Source of the DNA: Octopus vulgaris
Taxonomy: Eukaryota
Length of the DNA stretch: 64,000 bases
Direction: 5' to 3'
Assembly (NCBI GenBank): GCA_951406725.2
Contig: OX597816.1
Coordinates: forward strand, 10,912,001 to 10,976,000
Of this stretch, positions 26,085 to 40,615 are shown one piece after another; positions within the stretch are counted from its first letter, which is position 1; every line of letters begins with the position of its first letter. A model generated the notes under the pieces. The model was given only the letters and a program-made list of their open reading frames with translations, made no database searches and had not been told where the DNA came from. A program made the position numbers and the translations under genes.

Positions 26085-28450
26085 CTGGTCAATTCATCAA
26101 TGACAATTTGTCATCATTTAATTTGTCCCCAGTCAATTCATCATTGGTCAATTCATCCCCAGGTCAATTCGTTGTCAGTCAAATTCATCGAGATCATAGG
26201 AAAAATGGAAGAAAGAATATCTGAATTAAAAAAAAACGTTTATTTTAAGGTTTGCTGTATTAAATATTTATTTTTTCTTAAAATTTAAGATTGTGTGCAA
26301 TTGCTTTTAGAAATATAATTTTGGGGGCTTGGATCATATTTTTCCATGACATTTTTTATACGCAGGTTCATATCTCTGTATTTTTTTCTATTGATTTGGT
26401 TCCTCTCCTTGCATAAACTTCTGCAATTTGGTTCTGGCAAACCTTTCCTCACATTTAATCACACCAGGAAGTCTCCAAATATGTGGATGACTTATATTCA
26501 CTGTGTTTTCCAGCATGCTGTTGTTGGCTTCTAAACTATTTGTAGTACGAGCAATCCTCGTCATACATCGATCCCAGACATTCCATATAGATAATGGAAA
26601 TGGAGGTTCATGGCATCGCCTCCTCTGTCCTCGGGTGGTCCTAAATAATTATTTTCAAAATAGGATACAATTGACTGTGGAATATCATCATCACCTACAA
26701 ATTCTTCATATCTGTCAACAACATCATCAACCAGCAGAAAGACAAGGGCAACAAAACACTGCACTTTTAGACTAAAACTGTCATCTTCGAGATATCTGCA
26801 TCTTAGTCCTTCTTGCACACATTTTGTCCTAAATGAAACAAGCAGCATGCCAAATTCGATCCAGAAAACCATTCCAGAAATCCGTTATAGGTTGCTTTTT
26901 TGAAATCCATGATTATATTATCAGGTCCCTCATTCTGCGGTAATTCATATATTTTGGAAAAAAGTCTACAATGTGTGTCTTCACTTTTGTCAGAGAGTAA
27001 TGCAAACAATCGTGGGGCATTAAAATTATCAATTTGAATGTGAAGTATATATAATATAGGCGCAGGAGTGGCTATATAGGCGCAGGAGTGGCTGTGTGGT
27101 AAGTAGCTTGCTAACCAACCACACGGTTGCAGGTTCAGTCCCACTGCGTGGCATCTTGGGCAAGTGTCTTCTGCTATAGCCCCGGGCCGACCAATGCCTT
27201 GTGAGTGGATTTGGTAGACAGAAACTGAAAGAAGCCTGTCGTATATATGTATATATATGTATATGTGTGTGTCTGTGTTTGTCCCCCTAGCATTGCTTGA
27301 CAACCGATGCTGGTGTGTTTATGTCCCCGTTACTTAGCGGTTCGGCAAAAAGAGACCGATAGAATAAGTACTAAAGGTGGTGCTCCAGCATGGCCGCAGT
27401 CAAATGACTGAAACAAGTAAAAGAGTAAAAGAGTAAAGAGTATAACTGAAAAAATATACTAGAGCAGTGCTTAAATGTTCCACCTGTCACCCAGTTCTTG
27501 TGTTGTTTTAATTGTATAAAAGGGCTTCATCTCTTGTAAATATTAGTATTCTAAACTAAATCTTCCATCCTGTTGTCAATCTGTAAAAACGTTTTATCCT
27601 TGTCAAGATAGGAGTCTTCACTTGGAATGGAAACCCCAACAGTTGTAAGTGGAGTGGCAGGATAGTTGGAATCAGCTTGCCTCCAAAGTCTAATATTCCT
27701 ATTAATATTTCTATTGCAACAATGTACAGTCATTTAAATTCTGAACTTCACCAGTGATAATTAAGTGAGGGGCATCACAAGATGAAATAGACTTTACTTT
27801 AATATTTGAAACTATTATCCTTGCATTTCTCTCTGCAGCAGGTGAAGTGTGATTATGGATCACACATAAACACATCAGTATCCGTTGTCAAGATGTTGGA
27901 GGGGGACAAACACAGACACACACACACACACATACATATATACAGGTTAACCTGAGGCTATAGTAGAATACACTTGCTCAAAGTGTCTTGCAGTGGGACT
28001 GAACTGGGAACCATGTGGTTGGGAAGCAAGCTTCTTACCACATAGCCACTCGACAAAGGTAAATTTATAGTTGTTGTTGGAGAGTTTCTGCAATAGCAAT
28101 AAAACTAGAATCCTAATTAAGACATTTAAAATCATTAATTGTTATTGTCATTATTACAGTATCACAATATCAAGCAGACTATCAAATGCAGTTATACATC
28201 ACTGGTCACAATATGCTTCCAATTTTGCCTTGATTGTGCTATTCTTTTCCGTCTTCACCCCAAAATTCTTAACTAAATCTTCTTCCCATCATTGTAGAGG
28301 CCTACCAAGTGGCTTTTCCTGACCTCCTAGATACCAGTCAGTACCTGCACAAGTCCAGCTGTTGTCTGTGACCCTTGTGGCATTTCCAGCCCAGAGGACT
28401 TGTATTTTCTTGAATCACCTTACTTCAAAATTCAAAATGAGGTGATTATC
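26085..28450 (-). mobile_element. MULE/Mutator-like transposase pseudogene
   Basis: Minus strand: W..GGTFKHCSSIFFQLY | LHIQID..LFALLSDKSEDTH..IIMDFKKA..CCLFHLGQN..SYFENNYLG; split by SINEs; ggtcaattcatc subterminal repeats at 26085-26195. Confidence 0.85.
27058..27440 (+). mobile_element. SINE family A inserted in the MULE transposase
   Basis: Family A copy with duplicated head (ataggcgcaggagtggct twice) and an internal deletion; the transposase frame resumes on either side. Confidence 0.9.
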
Positions 28451-28684
28451 TATGTAATTACTGCTATATATTTATTGTGGAATATAAAATACTATTTATA
28501 GAGTGGGTTCTATGAAACCTCTGGTCACCACTTTTGAAATGAAAGTAGAGGTTTTGTCAGGAAGAAAACAACTATGTTAAAAGAATTAGGTGAAGACTTC
28601 TTTTGATATCTTGATGGTGGTGGATACTATGGTAATAATTAATGACAATGATGATGAAGGTGTTACAATAATGGTGATGATGAT

Positions 28685-28895
28685 GAAGATATATTTCTTT
28701 ACTACCCACAAGGGGCTAAACACAGAGGGTACAAACAAGGACAGACAAACAGATTAAGTCGATTACATCGACCCCAGTGTGTAACTGGTACTTAATTTAT
28801 CGACCCCGAAAGGATGAAAGTCAAAGTCGACTTCGGCGGAATTTGAACCCAGAACATAACGGCAGACGAAATACGGCTACGCATTTCGCCTGGCA
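28685..28895 (-). mobile_element. SINE family D
   Basis: Reverse complement of gggttcaaattccgccgaagtcgacttt..ctttcatcctttcggggtcgataaattaagtaccag; copies at 37115, 41575, 46150-46890, 56698 and 61000. Confidence 0.8.
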
Positions 28896-30018
28896 GTGGT
28901 GATGGTGATGATAAGGATGAGGGTGAAGATGAAGATTAGGATGATGATGATAGCCATGATGCTGACAATGACAACGACAGTGATGACAAGTGATGACGAT
29001 GACGACGACGACATAACAGTGATAACAACAACACAAAAGATGATGAAGACAGAAATGATCTTGATGATGATAATTGATGATGATGATGATGATGACGATG
29101 ATTATGATGATGATGATGACACTGATGACGATGATGACTACATCAATGATGATAGTGATGATGATGATGATGAGCAATGGCAGCCGTGAGAGTTAAGGTG
29201 CTGATAACAATAGTAAGGGCATGACATGCTGTTTGAAGCTGGCTTGATGGAAGCCATAGATTCGTTTTTTTCCGATTCTTGTGTTGTTACAACATTACAA
29301 ATTGCATATTGTATTATATTGTGTTTGTGAAGCAAGTTTAATCCAAATTTGATGTCATAAATTAAATTTCAATGGCTCGTTTATAATTGATTGGCAAAGA
29401 AACACTGGTTTATGCAACATAGAAGCAATCCCACTTGCCACACCATCAACATCATCATCACCATCGCCACTTAAGATACTGCTATCATCATCACCACCAC
29501 CACATTCATCATCATCATTGTCATCACCACCATCATTGTCATCATCACCATTATAATCACTGATACCCAGATCCTCTCCTCCTCCTCCTCCTCCTCCTCA
29601 TATCATCATCATCACCACCACTACCACATTTATCGTCGTCATCATCATCATCACCATTATAATCATCAATACCAAGATCCTCTCCTCCTCATTATCATCA
29701 TCATCACCACCACCACAATCGTCGTTGTCATGGTCATTACCACCATCATCGTCATCATCATCATCATTGTCATCACCAACACTAAAATTGTCTCCTCCTC
29801 CTTCTTATTATCACCGCCACTACGACCATGACGACGACGACGACCACCACCACCACCACCAAAGAGACGTGCATAATTGCTAGGTACTATGGTAACCGTC
29901 GTTCCTTCTGATGTTTCCAACTTTATTCTAACCGCAATTCTTCAAATAAAGGCAGGTTTGTTTTAAATGCTGCCTTCTATTGATTGATTCAATGACGTTC
30001 TTTCTTCAATCGGTTTAG

Positions 30019-30098
30019 GTCACAGAGGACGCCGACGCTGGCAGCGTTGGCAGTGGTGGAAAGAGAGAAGAGACTCTTTGATGTTCTCTTACTTCAAG
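30019..30098 (+). other. Candidate 80-bp exon of an unidentified host transcript
   Basis: Unique GC-richer island with tttcttcaatcggtttAG| acceptor and AAG|GTttgt donor; one open frame reads SQRTPTLAALAVVEREKRLFDVLLLQ; no recognised homology. Confidence 0.3.
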
Positions 30099-30819
30099 GT
30101 TTGTCAGAAAATTAACCACTTCCATGTCGTCTTGAAATTGGTTTGCCTTCTATACCGTTTCACAAAGTTCTTTTGAGAATTTTATGATGTTGAAGAGGTG
30201 TGCAGAAGTGTGTGGAAATGTATTGCGCTGACCGAGAGATTTATTGTAGTCAAAGAAATACCTTTCTGGTAGATAAAGTCACTTGTGGGTCACTCTGTAC
30301 TTATTAACCAGTGACATAAAAAGCTGAAGCTGAAGTATTCTGAATCAATGGAGAGGAGTTAGAACAAGATGAAATCTCCAAGTGGTTTAAATTACAAGTG
30401 GCTAAAAAGGGTCAGCAGAAGGGCATCCACGAGTCATGACTTGGATGTGACTGGGGCCCCATTAGAGCATAAGAAGTTAAGGGCTGAAACACTTGTCCCC
30501 TACTGCACAACTTTCTCGAGTGTTTCTCACCACTTAGAAAATCTTTTAAGGCTATGCATTCTGATGCACTCAGTTACACACATTCATTCATGCATGTCAT
30601 CATCGTCATCATCATCATCATATTCATCTTCCTCCTCCTCATCATCACCACCACCATCATCATCATCGTTTTCATGCTCACTTCCTTAAGGTGCATAGAC
30701 TACAACAAATATAAATCAATGAGCACTTCAAACATACATGTCTCATCATCAGTTGCCAAATGATCATCATTATGGTTTTCACACCTGGGCACATATGCAC
30801 ACACACACACACACACACA

Positions 30820-31660
30820 CTGATATGTCCCGCATTGTGACAATATATTTCATTGTCCATATGGCACACCTCGCCAACTGACACTGCTTGCTGTGTCGCT
30901 CCACTATTTATCAGTAGTGGAACAGCTCACTTCTCACTTGGGGGTGTCCACCATAGCACCCCACTCTTTGAGATTTTTTTTCTTTCACACAACATTATTA
31001 CTTTTTTTTCTTCAGAATACAGCAGGATGTACCAGTCCACATTGTATACCAGTAGTGCTACTAACACATGGTGACCTGGCTTAAATCCTTCACACAGACT
31101 TTATTATTATTATAATTATTTTCTTCCACACAGAATTATTTTTCTCTTTAGAATGCCGCAGGTAGTATCAGTCTACATTGTATACTAGTAGAGCTACTAA
31201 CACATAGCAACCTAACAGAAATTCTACAAATGGATTTATAGTATGTTTCACTGTGTGTAGTTCAATTCTGGGTTAGAGTTCCAGTTTTATCAGACAGTTT
31301 TTTCCTTCCAAATCTTTTTTCACTAGAATTTATATTTTTTTCACTGTGTGTAGTTCAGTTCTTTGTTAAATTTCCAGTTTTATCAAACATTTTTTCTTCA
31401 GAATCATTTTTCACTAACATTTATATATTTTTTCACTGTGTGTATATTATTTTTCACTGTGTCTTCCTTCTTCAAAGAGATTTATTTTTCACTGCATGTT
31501 TACAAATCCTCATTGCCACCGATACGTCCTGCATTATGACGATATATTTCATCGCCTGCATGACTGGCCTGTAGGGCGAACCTCACCAACTGACGCTGCT
31601 TGCTCTGTCCACCATTTATCAGTTGTGGAACAGCACACTTCTCACTTGGGGATGTCCACC
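30820..31660. repeat. Unclassified element with direct repeats of about 135 bp (30820-30955 and 31520-31660) and internal duplications
   Basis: ccaactgac..tttatcagt.gtggaacagc.cacttctcacttgggg.tgtccacca occurs twice. Confidence 0.7.
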
Positions 31661-32190
31661 ACACACACACACATGTATATATATCATCATCATCATCACC
31701 ATTGATTTAACATTCCCATTTTCATACTTGGATGGTTTGCATGAAATTTGTTAAGGTTTGAAATTTTAATGGAAGTTTTTTTTTCTTAAATTTGAAACAC
31801 TTACAAAAAGGAAGTGTGTCTCATAGAACCTGAGATAATCTCAGGTGTGTTGGTTTCAAAAGGTGATCAAGATATCACCTGTGAAAGAAGGGATGGTATT
31901 TTGTGGTGTATGGTATTTTTTGTCATAGTGTGTACCATCATGCTGAAGCTACTAAGATGAATATAAACTTGAAAACTTTATTTTTTTATCTTTTACTTGT
32001 TTCACTCATTGGACTGTGGCCATGCTGGGGCACTGCCTTGAAGAACTTTTAGTCAAATGAATCAACCCTGGAACTTATTTTTCAAGCCTGGTACTTATTC
32101 TATTTGTGTCTTTTGCTGAACCACTATGTTACAAGGATGTAAACAAAGCAATGCTGGTTGTCAAGTGGTATTGGGAAATACATACACACA

Positions 32191-32242
<52 letters not shown>

Positions 32243-32553
32243 TTCTGTTGTGTCTGGGAAGAGTCATTCCATATTCTTAAATTACATTTATTCACTTTTG
32301 TATGTCCACTCTGTATTGTTTTGTTTGCTCTCTGCAACTTTCATGAGTACTACCAGCATGGGAAGTTCTCAGTCATATCTTTAATGATACGAAAATGAGT
32401 AAAACATCTGGTTGATTACGGGTGAAGAATTAAGGACCTTCTGTGTCCGTCTCCTGTTCGGTTATACATTCAGTATAAATTATGTCTTTACCTGACATTT
32501 GTTTATTTACAGAACAGTTTTTTTTATTTATATATACATATATATATATAAAT

Positions 32554-32681
32554 GTTAAGGCAAGGAAAACATCTCAAATCATATACATTATTATTATTGG
32601 AAAAAATTCAAATTATTATTTTTTTCCAATAATAATAATAATAATGATGCATATGACTTGAGATGTTTGCCTTGCCTTAAC
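32554..32681. repeat. About 128-bp imperfect palindrome
   Basis: gttaaggcaaggaaaacatctcaaatcatat..ttattggaaaaaa pairs with ttttttccaataa..atatgacttgagatgtttgccttgccttaac. Confidence 0.85.
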
Positions 32682-32894
32682 GCTTGTTGCCCTCTTTAAC
32701 AATTATATTTCCACTTTATCAAAAATCTGCAATGGCTCCATAACTACCATCCCGGCTTTTACCTTGGAGGCCCAGTAATCCGTTACAACACTTACCTAGT
32801 GTACCTAATCGCTTAGATCACCTGTGAACTAAAACCCGATATTTTGTGCACACACACACACACACACATATATATTTACTTTGTTCTAACATAA

Positions 32895-32932
32895 CTGTCT
32901 GATGAATGGGAAAGTGAAACTCTGAGTAACAG
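32895..32932 (+). ncRNA. Minimal type I hammerhead ribozyme
   Basis: ctgt-CTGATGA(32899-32905)-atgggaaagt-GAAA(32916-32919)-ctctgag-TA-acag; stem I ctgt/acag, near-palindromic stem III, weak stem II; aataaa about 27 nt downstream. Confidence 0.6.
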
Positions 32933-34189
32933 CTTTTGTTATATTTCTGCAGCTTTTTAATAAAGCATATTACTCTACCTCTGGTATTTGAGTACTCTTT
33001 TATCCACCTTGTTTTGCTGTTATGTGCTTATTCTGGTATATATATCATCATCATCATCGTCATCGTTTAACGTTTGCTTTCCATGCTAGCATGGGTTGGA
33101 TGATTTGACTGAGGACTGGCGAACCAGATGGCTGCACCAGGCTCCAATCTTGATTTGGCAGAGTTTCTACAGCTGGATGCCCTTCCTAACACCAACCACC
33201 CCGAGAGTGTAGTGGGTGCTTTTACATGCCACCGGCTCGAGGGCCAGTCAGGTGGTACTGGCAACGGTCATGGAAAATCGTGTTTTTATTTATATATATA
33301 TATATACAACAGGCTTCTTTCAGTTTTTGGTCCTTCAAATTCACTCACAAGGCATTGTTCAACCTGAAGCTATAGTAGAAGGTGCCATGCAATGGGACTG
33401 AACTTGGGACTATGTGGTGGGAATCACACTTCTTAACACATAGACATGCCAGCACTTACATGTCAAAGATTTTCATGTTTTTCAAAGTTTGAAGTTTCTT
33501 CTCCATTTTGAGTTTCCATTACTTTTTTTTGTTTTTTATTTTTCTGTTGTTGAAGAAAGATTGCTATAGACTTTTTGAAAGTAAAGCATTGGTAAATCTA
33601 AATCTAACTCATCCTAAGTCGTGTGCAAATATGCACAAATCAGAGCAGAAGAAAATAAAAACATGCTTACAATCGTGCACCCTCTCTTTCTTCTGAAGGA
33701 ATTGCAAAGACTGACAGATGATTGATCTTAAAATAATGCTGGATGTGATTAAAGGCTTATTAAACAGTGGAATCTATTTTTTTGATCGTGATACTCTACA
33801 TGTTATTGAACAGTTTTAGTTATTTTATCTGAAGACTTAGAGCGCCGAGATAAAGGATCAAAGACCGACTTTGAGTAGCATTCTTGTTCGCTAACTTTTG
33901 AAATTCTATTTTCGTAACAATCATTTCTTATGGAAAAAAAGTATCAAAATATCAAAACATTACATTATATATTGTGGATAAGTAAGACTAACATCACTCT
34001 TCAAATGAAATATATAAACAGTGAAACTAAGTCTCAGATTCACAAATTCTCACCATCCACGCAGATAAAGAAAGGACTTGGAAAAAAAAATAATAAAAAG
34101 CAGTTAAAATGCTTATAATGTTTTTAGAGAATAACACACACGCACGCACGCATATATGTATATATGTGTGTATATGTGTGTGTCTGTGA

Positions 34190-34246
<57 letters not shown>

Positions 34247-34312
34247 CATTTACATATATATTCTTTTACTTGTTTCAACCAAGCAGCTGCGGTCATGCTG
34301 GAGTATACATAC

Positions 34313-34347
<35 letters not shown>

Positions 34348-34431
34348 CATACATATATATATACATATATACACATTTACATATATATATATGTGTGTGT
34401 GTATATATATGTGAATGTGTGTATACACATA

Positions 34432-34513
<82 letters not shown>

Positions 34514-37425
34514 TGTGTGTGTATATATATATATATATATGTGTATATATATATGTGTATGTGTGTGTGTATATATATATGTGTGTGTATATATATATGT
34601 ATGTGTGTGTATATATATATATATATATGTATATGATGTGTATATGTATATATATATATCCTAATATATATATATTCCATGTTTTCTGAAAATGGTGCGT
34701 GTTATTCCGTATTCTTTGCTTTCCCTGAGATTAAAAGAAGATCTCTTCTGAATAGATTTAGAACGAAACGATGCTCTTCACATCTTACCAATCCTGTTCC
34801 ACTGAAACCAAGGTATTATCTCTTAACTTCTGTCTTTCATCTTTCACTTGTATCAGTCATTTGACTGTGGCCATGCTGGGGCACCACCTTGAAGAATTTT
34901 TAGTCAAATGAATTTATCTCAGTATATATTTCTTCTCTTTTATTATTATTATTATTGTTAAGCCTGGTAATTTATCATTTTGTCGATATCTTTTGCTGAA
35001 CCACTAGCTTATGGGGTCATAGACACACCAAAACTAGTTCCCAAGTGGTGATAGGGACAAACACAAAGATACACATGCATACGTAAGCACGCACACACAC
35101 ACACATATACTCTACTATCTTTTTACACTTTTATTTGTTTCAGTCATTTTGACTGCGGCCATGCTAGAGCACCGCTTTTAGTTGAGCAAATTGATCGCAG
35201 GACTCATTCTTTGTAAGCCTTGTACTGATTCTATTGGTCTATTTTGATGAACCGTTAAGTTACAGGGATGTAAACACACCAGCATCGGTCAGCAAGTAAT
35301 GCTAGGGGGACAAACACTCACACACAAACACATACACACTTAGATGCATACATATATATGTATGTGTATATAGATATATATACACACAACAGGCTTCTTT
35401 CAGTTTCCATCTACCAAATCCACTCACAATGCTTTGGTTAGCCCGGGGCTATAGTAGAAGACACTTACTTGAGGTGCCATGCAGTAGGATGGAACATAGA
35501 ACCATGTGATTGGGAAGAAAATGTCTTATCACACAGCCATACATACACTCTTAAAAAAGTGGCCAGCAAGCTGGCATACAGAATTGAACTCTGCACCTCT
35601 TGAATTCCAGTTGACCACCCTGTATTAAAATGCTAAATGACTCCAGATATGTTATCCTCTTCTTTTACTTGTTTTAATTATTTTGACTGCGGCCATGTTG
35701 GAGCACCACCTTTAGTTGAACAGATCGGCCCCCAGGGCTTATTCCTTGCAAGCCTAGCACTTATTCTATCTGTTTCTATTGCTGAACCACTAAGTTATAG
35801 GGACATAAACACACCAACATTGGTTGTCAAGCAATATTGAAAAGGTTACAAGATGCAATGAAAATTTTAGGACAATAAAAATTAGAAAAACGTGGAAATT
35901 TTACCGGTGAGTGTGTTACATTATAAAGCGCAAAAAGAAAATTACTCTCCCCAGACACAATAGTATATATATATATATGAGAAAAAATAAGTTTGAAAAG
36001 AACAATTCAAACTTTTTGAGAGAGTCAAGAAGAGAGTAAAAATGATTTCTAATAAAGATTCATCATATTCATAAAAAACAGCCAAAGCAGGTAAGAAGAA
36101 TATGAAAATAATATTTGAGGAGTTTCGTTATTGTTATAAAAAAAATGGAGAAAAGATGTTGAATCAGAAATAGATTTATTACAAAATAGATTCAATGCAT
36201 ATGTATGTTTCGAAAAACAATGCAAATATGTAAGAAAAAATTTTAATCATAATAATTAGAATTAGAATTAAAATTAAATTTATGCCTTGTCATTCTCATC
36301 ACTTTGAGGAATCTTTTGGGGAATATCAAAAAAGTTTAATAAGATGAAATAAAATGAAATAAAATATACTTGTTTATGGTGTATTCTTATACCCATAACG
36401 AAACTCCTCAAATATATATATATATATTACCTGTGCGGGTGGCACGTAAAAAGCACCCACTACACTCACGGAGTGGTTGGCGTTTGGAAGGGCATCCAGC
36501 CGTAGAAACACTGCCAGATCAGACTGGGCCTGATGCAGCCTTCTGGCTTCACAGACACCAGTTGAACCGTCCAACCCATGCTAGCATGGAAAGCGGACGC
36601 TAAATGATGATGATGATGATGATGATATATAGGTAAAAACGGTAAGATAACAGAAGAAAGAAAGAGACCTCAGAATTTATTTGTAAAATAATATGTGACA
36701 ATTATTTGGTAGCCAAGATAAAACTGAGTTTCGGATGCCGAGGTGGAAATCCACACCACCATCTCTTCTTAGTTGAATAGATCGACCCCCCAGGATTTAT
36801 TCTTTGCAAGCCTAGTACTTATTCTATCGGTTTCTATTGCTGAACCTCTAAGTTACAGGGACATAAACACACTAACATTGCTTGTCAAGTGACAGTGGCA
36901 GGACAAATACTGACACACAAATACATACATACATACATACATACACACATATATTTTTTCACATTGCTAATTGATATAATTAGTAAAAAAATTAATCAGC
37001 AAGCTTCTTACCAGAGAGCCACTCCTGCACCCATTGTTAGCAAAATTATTTTGTTTAAAGCAGCAAGATGGCAGATTCTTTTGTTAGGACATAAGACAAA
37101 TGCTTAGAAGCTTTTCACTAGTTTTCATGTTCTGAGTTCAAATCCCACGGAGGTCGCCTTTGCCTTTCATCCTTTCGAGGTCTCAATAAATTGAGTACCA
37201 GTTGAGTGGGGTCAGTGTAATTATTTAGCCCTCTCCCCCAAAATTTCAGGGTCTTGTGCCGATAGTAAAAAAAGATTATTAAGTTGGTGTTTGGACAAAC
37301 ATTAATTAAAATGAAATTTGAAGGAAGTTTAAAACAGGAAATTTGTATCAAAGACACAGCAGGCCAGACTCAAGTGGTGTGGCATCAAAAGGGAGCGGGC
37401 AATGATTTTACAATAGATTTGTAAT

Positions 37426-37463
<38 letters not shown>

Positions 37464-38044
37464 GTTTAACGTCCGTTTTCCATGCTAGCATGGGTTGGAC
37501 AGGTATGATGATGATAATGATGATGTTGATGATAATTTTAAGAATGATGATAATTACAATGACTATGGTGATGATGATAATGAAAATGACGATGGTGGTG
37601 GTGGTGGTGGTGGTGATGATGATGACGACAACGACAGTGGTTGTTGGTGGTGGTGATGATGACAATGGTGATGATGATGATGATGATGATAATGATGTTG
37701 ACAATGACGATGACATCGATGATGATGAGGACAATGATGATGACGATACTGATTATGATGATGAGGATGGTGATGATGATGACGATACTGATTATGATGA
37801 TGATGATGGTGATGATGATGATGACAGTAATGATGTTAGTGATGATGATAATGATAATGACAGTGATGATGTTACTGATGATGATCGTAATGGCAATGGC
37901 AGTTGTGTCTGTGTGTCCTGATATTTCTACAATGTAAAATGTGTACCATTCAAAAGGGGTGGATGACTGGGTGGTGGGTGTGGGCAATCAATGGCTGATG
38001 CTTGTTTCTGTTCCTCTCACATTAAATAACAACTGAAACTTAAA

Positions 38045-38578
38045 TCTCTCTCCCTCCCTCCTTTTCCCTTTCTTTTCCCTTCTCTCTCTTTCTCTCCTTC
38101 CATCTTGCTTTCTCTCCCTCTATCTCATTTTCTCCATCCCCACCTCTTTATCTCTCCACCTCTCATTTTCTCTCTCCCCTCTCTGTATCATCCTCCTTCT
38201 CACTGTCTCCCATTCTCTCTTTCTCTCCCTCAATCTCATATTCTCTCTCTTTCTCTATCCACCTCTCCCTGTATCTCCCTCCTACTTGCTGTCTCTCCCT
38301 CTCTTTCTGTCCCTCTCTCTCATTTTCTCTCTCCCTCTTGCTTTCTCTATCTGCCCCCTCTCTGTATCATCCTCCTTCTCCCTGTCTCCCACCCTCTCTT
38401 TCTCTCCCTCTATCTCATATTCTCTCTCTTTCTCTATCCCTCTCTCTCTGTATCTCCCTCCTACTCCCTGTCTCTCCCTCTATTTCTGTCCCTCTATCCC
38501 CCTCTCTATGTTTCTCCCCTCTCTTTCTGTCATCCTCTCTCACTCCCTCTTTCTTTCTACCCCCTCCCCCCTCTCTCA
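38045..38578. repeat. CT-rich low-complexity tract
   Basis: Polypyrimidine tract with internal duplications. Confidence 0.9.
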
Positions 38579-38749
38579 GACTCCAAATCAATTACATTAG
38601 TCCAAGAACACAAGAACAGACCAACAGCCTGTTACATTTCCTGACCTAAGAACAGGAAGCTGACTACATGATTCACAGAGCGATGTCACTTCTACAAGTC
38701 AGGCAATCAACATCAAAACAGATGTCAGTGCAAAGAGTATGAAGGTTAA

Positions 38750-39454
38750 CCCTTTAGCATTGAAACAGGCCATAACCAGACAAAATATTCTGCCCGTTTT
38801 CTGTTCAAACTGACCAGATCCAGTCTTTCACGTTGAACCTACAATGTCATCCTAAGAATTAAACATTCACATCTTTGAAATCTTGAAGCTAAAAGGTAAT
38901 GCAAGATTAATTAAAAAAACGCTGGTAATGATCACACTTAAAAGGGCACCATTCGAGTGTGATCATTACCAGCATCGCCTTACTGGCACTTGTGCCCGTG
39001 CTAGTAGGGTGCCAAGAGCACCATCTGAGTGTGATTGTTGCCAGAGCAGCCAACTAGCTTCTGTGCTGGTGGCATGTAAAAGGGCACCATTCGAGCGTGA
39101 TCGTTATCAACGTCGCCTTACTGGCACCTGTGCCGGTGGCATGTGTAAAAAAGATTTGAGTGAGGTCATTGCCAGTACCGCCTGACTGACCCCATGCCGG
39201 TGGCATGCAAAAAAGCACCCACTACACTCTCGGAGTGGTTGGCGTTAGGAAGGGCATCCAGCTGTAGAAATTCTGCCAGATCAAGATTGGAGCCTAGTGT
39301 GGCTGTCTGGTTCACCAGCCCTCAGTCAAAATCGTCCAACCCATGCTAGCATGGAAAGCAGACATTAAACGATGATGATGATGATGATGATGATGATGAA
39401 TGTGAATAAATAAACGTTACATTTGATTGGTAAAGTAAATTGAAGCCTAAAGGG
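38750..39454. mobile_element. piggyBac-like MITE with a nested family C tail (38925-39398)
   Basis: ttaa-ccctttagc at the left end and gcctaaaggg-tta at the right end. Confidence 0.45.
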
Positions 39455-39815
39455 TTACTCCAGATTGTAGCCATAGATTAGGCTTGTCAAATATTGAATA
39501 CGGTCTTGGTGCAAAATAAAATATACTTGTTTATGGTATATTCTTATACCCATAACAAAACTCCTCAAATATATATATATATATATAATTAATCAATATA
39601 GGGTGGCAAAAAAAATTTTGTAGAATTCTTTTGCCACCAGCGGCCTAGTGGGAAAAAATTAAATAGTCATAGACCATTTTTAAGTTCAACATCAACAATC
39701 AAGGAACGGCCATAATAGGCCATTCACCCACTAGAAATAACAGCCAAAGCTTCAACCGCAAATAAAAATCAATTCCGTAAACCAGGAGAAAATTTAAAAA
39801 ACATTTACCCTGTAA

Positions 39816-39920
39816 TTTCTTATACGATATACCGTTTCATCTGCTGATTAATGGTAAACTAACTTGATTAAATTAAATCAAGCCAATCTTCCACAGGCCC
39901 TCAGATTCTTCAGTAAGAAA
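39816..39920 (-). ncRNA. Type I hammerhead ribozyme with long stem II
   Basis: Minus strand tttctta-CTGAAGA-atctg..(cttgatt/aatcaag hairpin)..cagat-GAAA-cggtatatcg-TA-taagaaa; 7-bp stem I, 5-bp stem II base, GTA triplet. Confidence 0.85.
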
Positions 39921-40394
39921 TAGCCCAAGTCGGAACAGATATTTTCACGAGGCATTTCCGACCTTGCCAAGTTTATATCTGACCTAAAATTTTCAAATCG
40001 TCGCACTCGCGCCAAATTTATCGGCAGCAAATAAATATAAGCCGTCGATTCCATTACGGAATTAACCAGAAAATTCATAATTAATCAATATAGGGTGGCA
40101 AAAAAAAATTTTGTAGAATTCTTTTGCCACCAGCGGCCTAGTGGGAAAAAATTAAATAGTCATAGACCATTTTTAAGTTCAACATCAACAATCAAGGAAC
40201 GGCCATAATAGGCCATTCACCCACTAGAAATAACAGCCAAAGCTTCAACCGCAAATAAATAAACAAGGGCAAAAGAAAAAAATTTCTAATACCAAATATG
40301 ATGAAAATAGACACATCGTCAATAACCATATAATTCATCACTATAAGCACGCATCTCAAAGAAAGCCGACAGAAATTTCTAAAAAATTCTGTTA

Positions 40395-40455
40395 TTATCA
40401 TATCGGATCCGATTTCAGAGTTAATTCATAAGAACCCGCCCTTCGTCAGTGATAA
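40395..40455 (-). ncRNA. Type I hammerhead ribozyme
   Basis: Minus strand ttatca-CTGACGA-aggg..ctct-GAAA-tcggatccga-TA-tgataa; 6-bp stem I, perfect palindrome ATCGGATCCGAT as stem III, ATA triplet. Confidence 0.85.
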
Positions 40456-40615
40456 ATGCAGCAAAGAAATAAATGGAAGAAGCAAACACTAAGTCATGAG
40501 CACAATTAAGTACCCCAAATACATCCAAAATAGAAATTCCCCAGCACACCTCGAGACACATTTTTTAATATGCTAGACATTGATAGAATATTTTTCGAAA
40601 AATTTTATCATATAT

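Noticed and set aside
36190-36310. Minus-strand hammerhead-like motif
   Set aside because: Core reads GTGATGA and the triplet GCA; non-functional relic at best.
36720-36775. Minus-strand gatg..catc-cGAAActcag motif
   Set aside because: The CUGANGA half is missing, apparently truncated by an adjacent SINE fragment.
38580-38702. Exon candidate after the CT-rich tract
   Set aside because: Stops in all three frames and only a weak GC donor.
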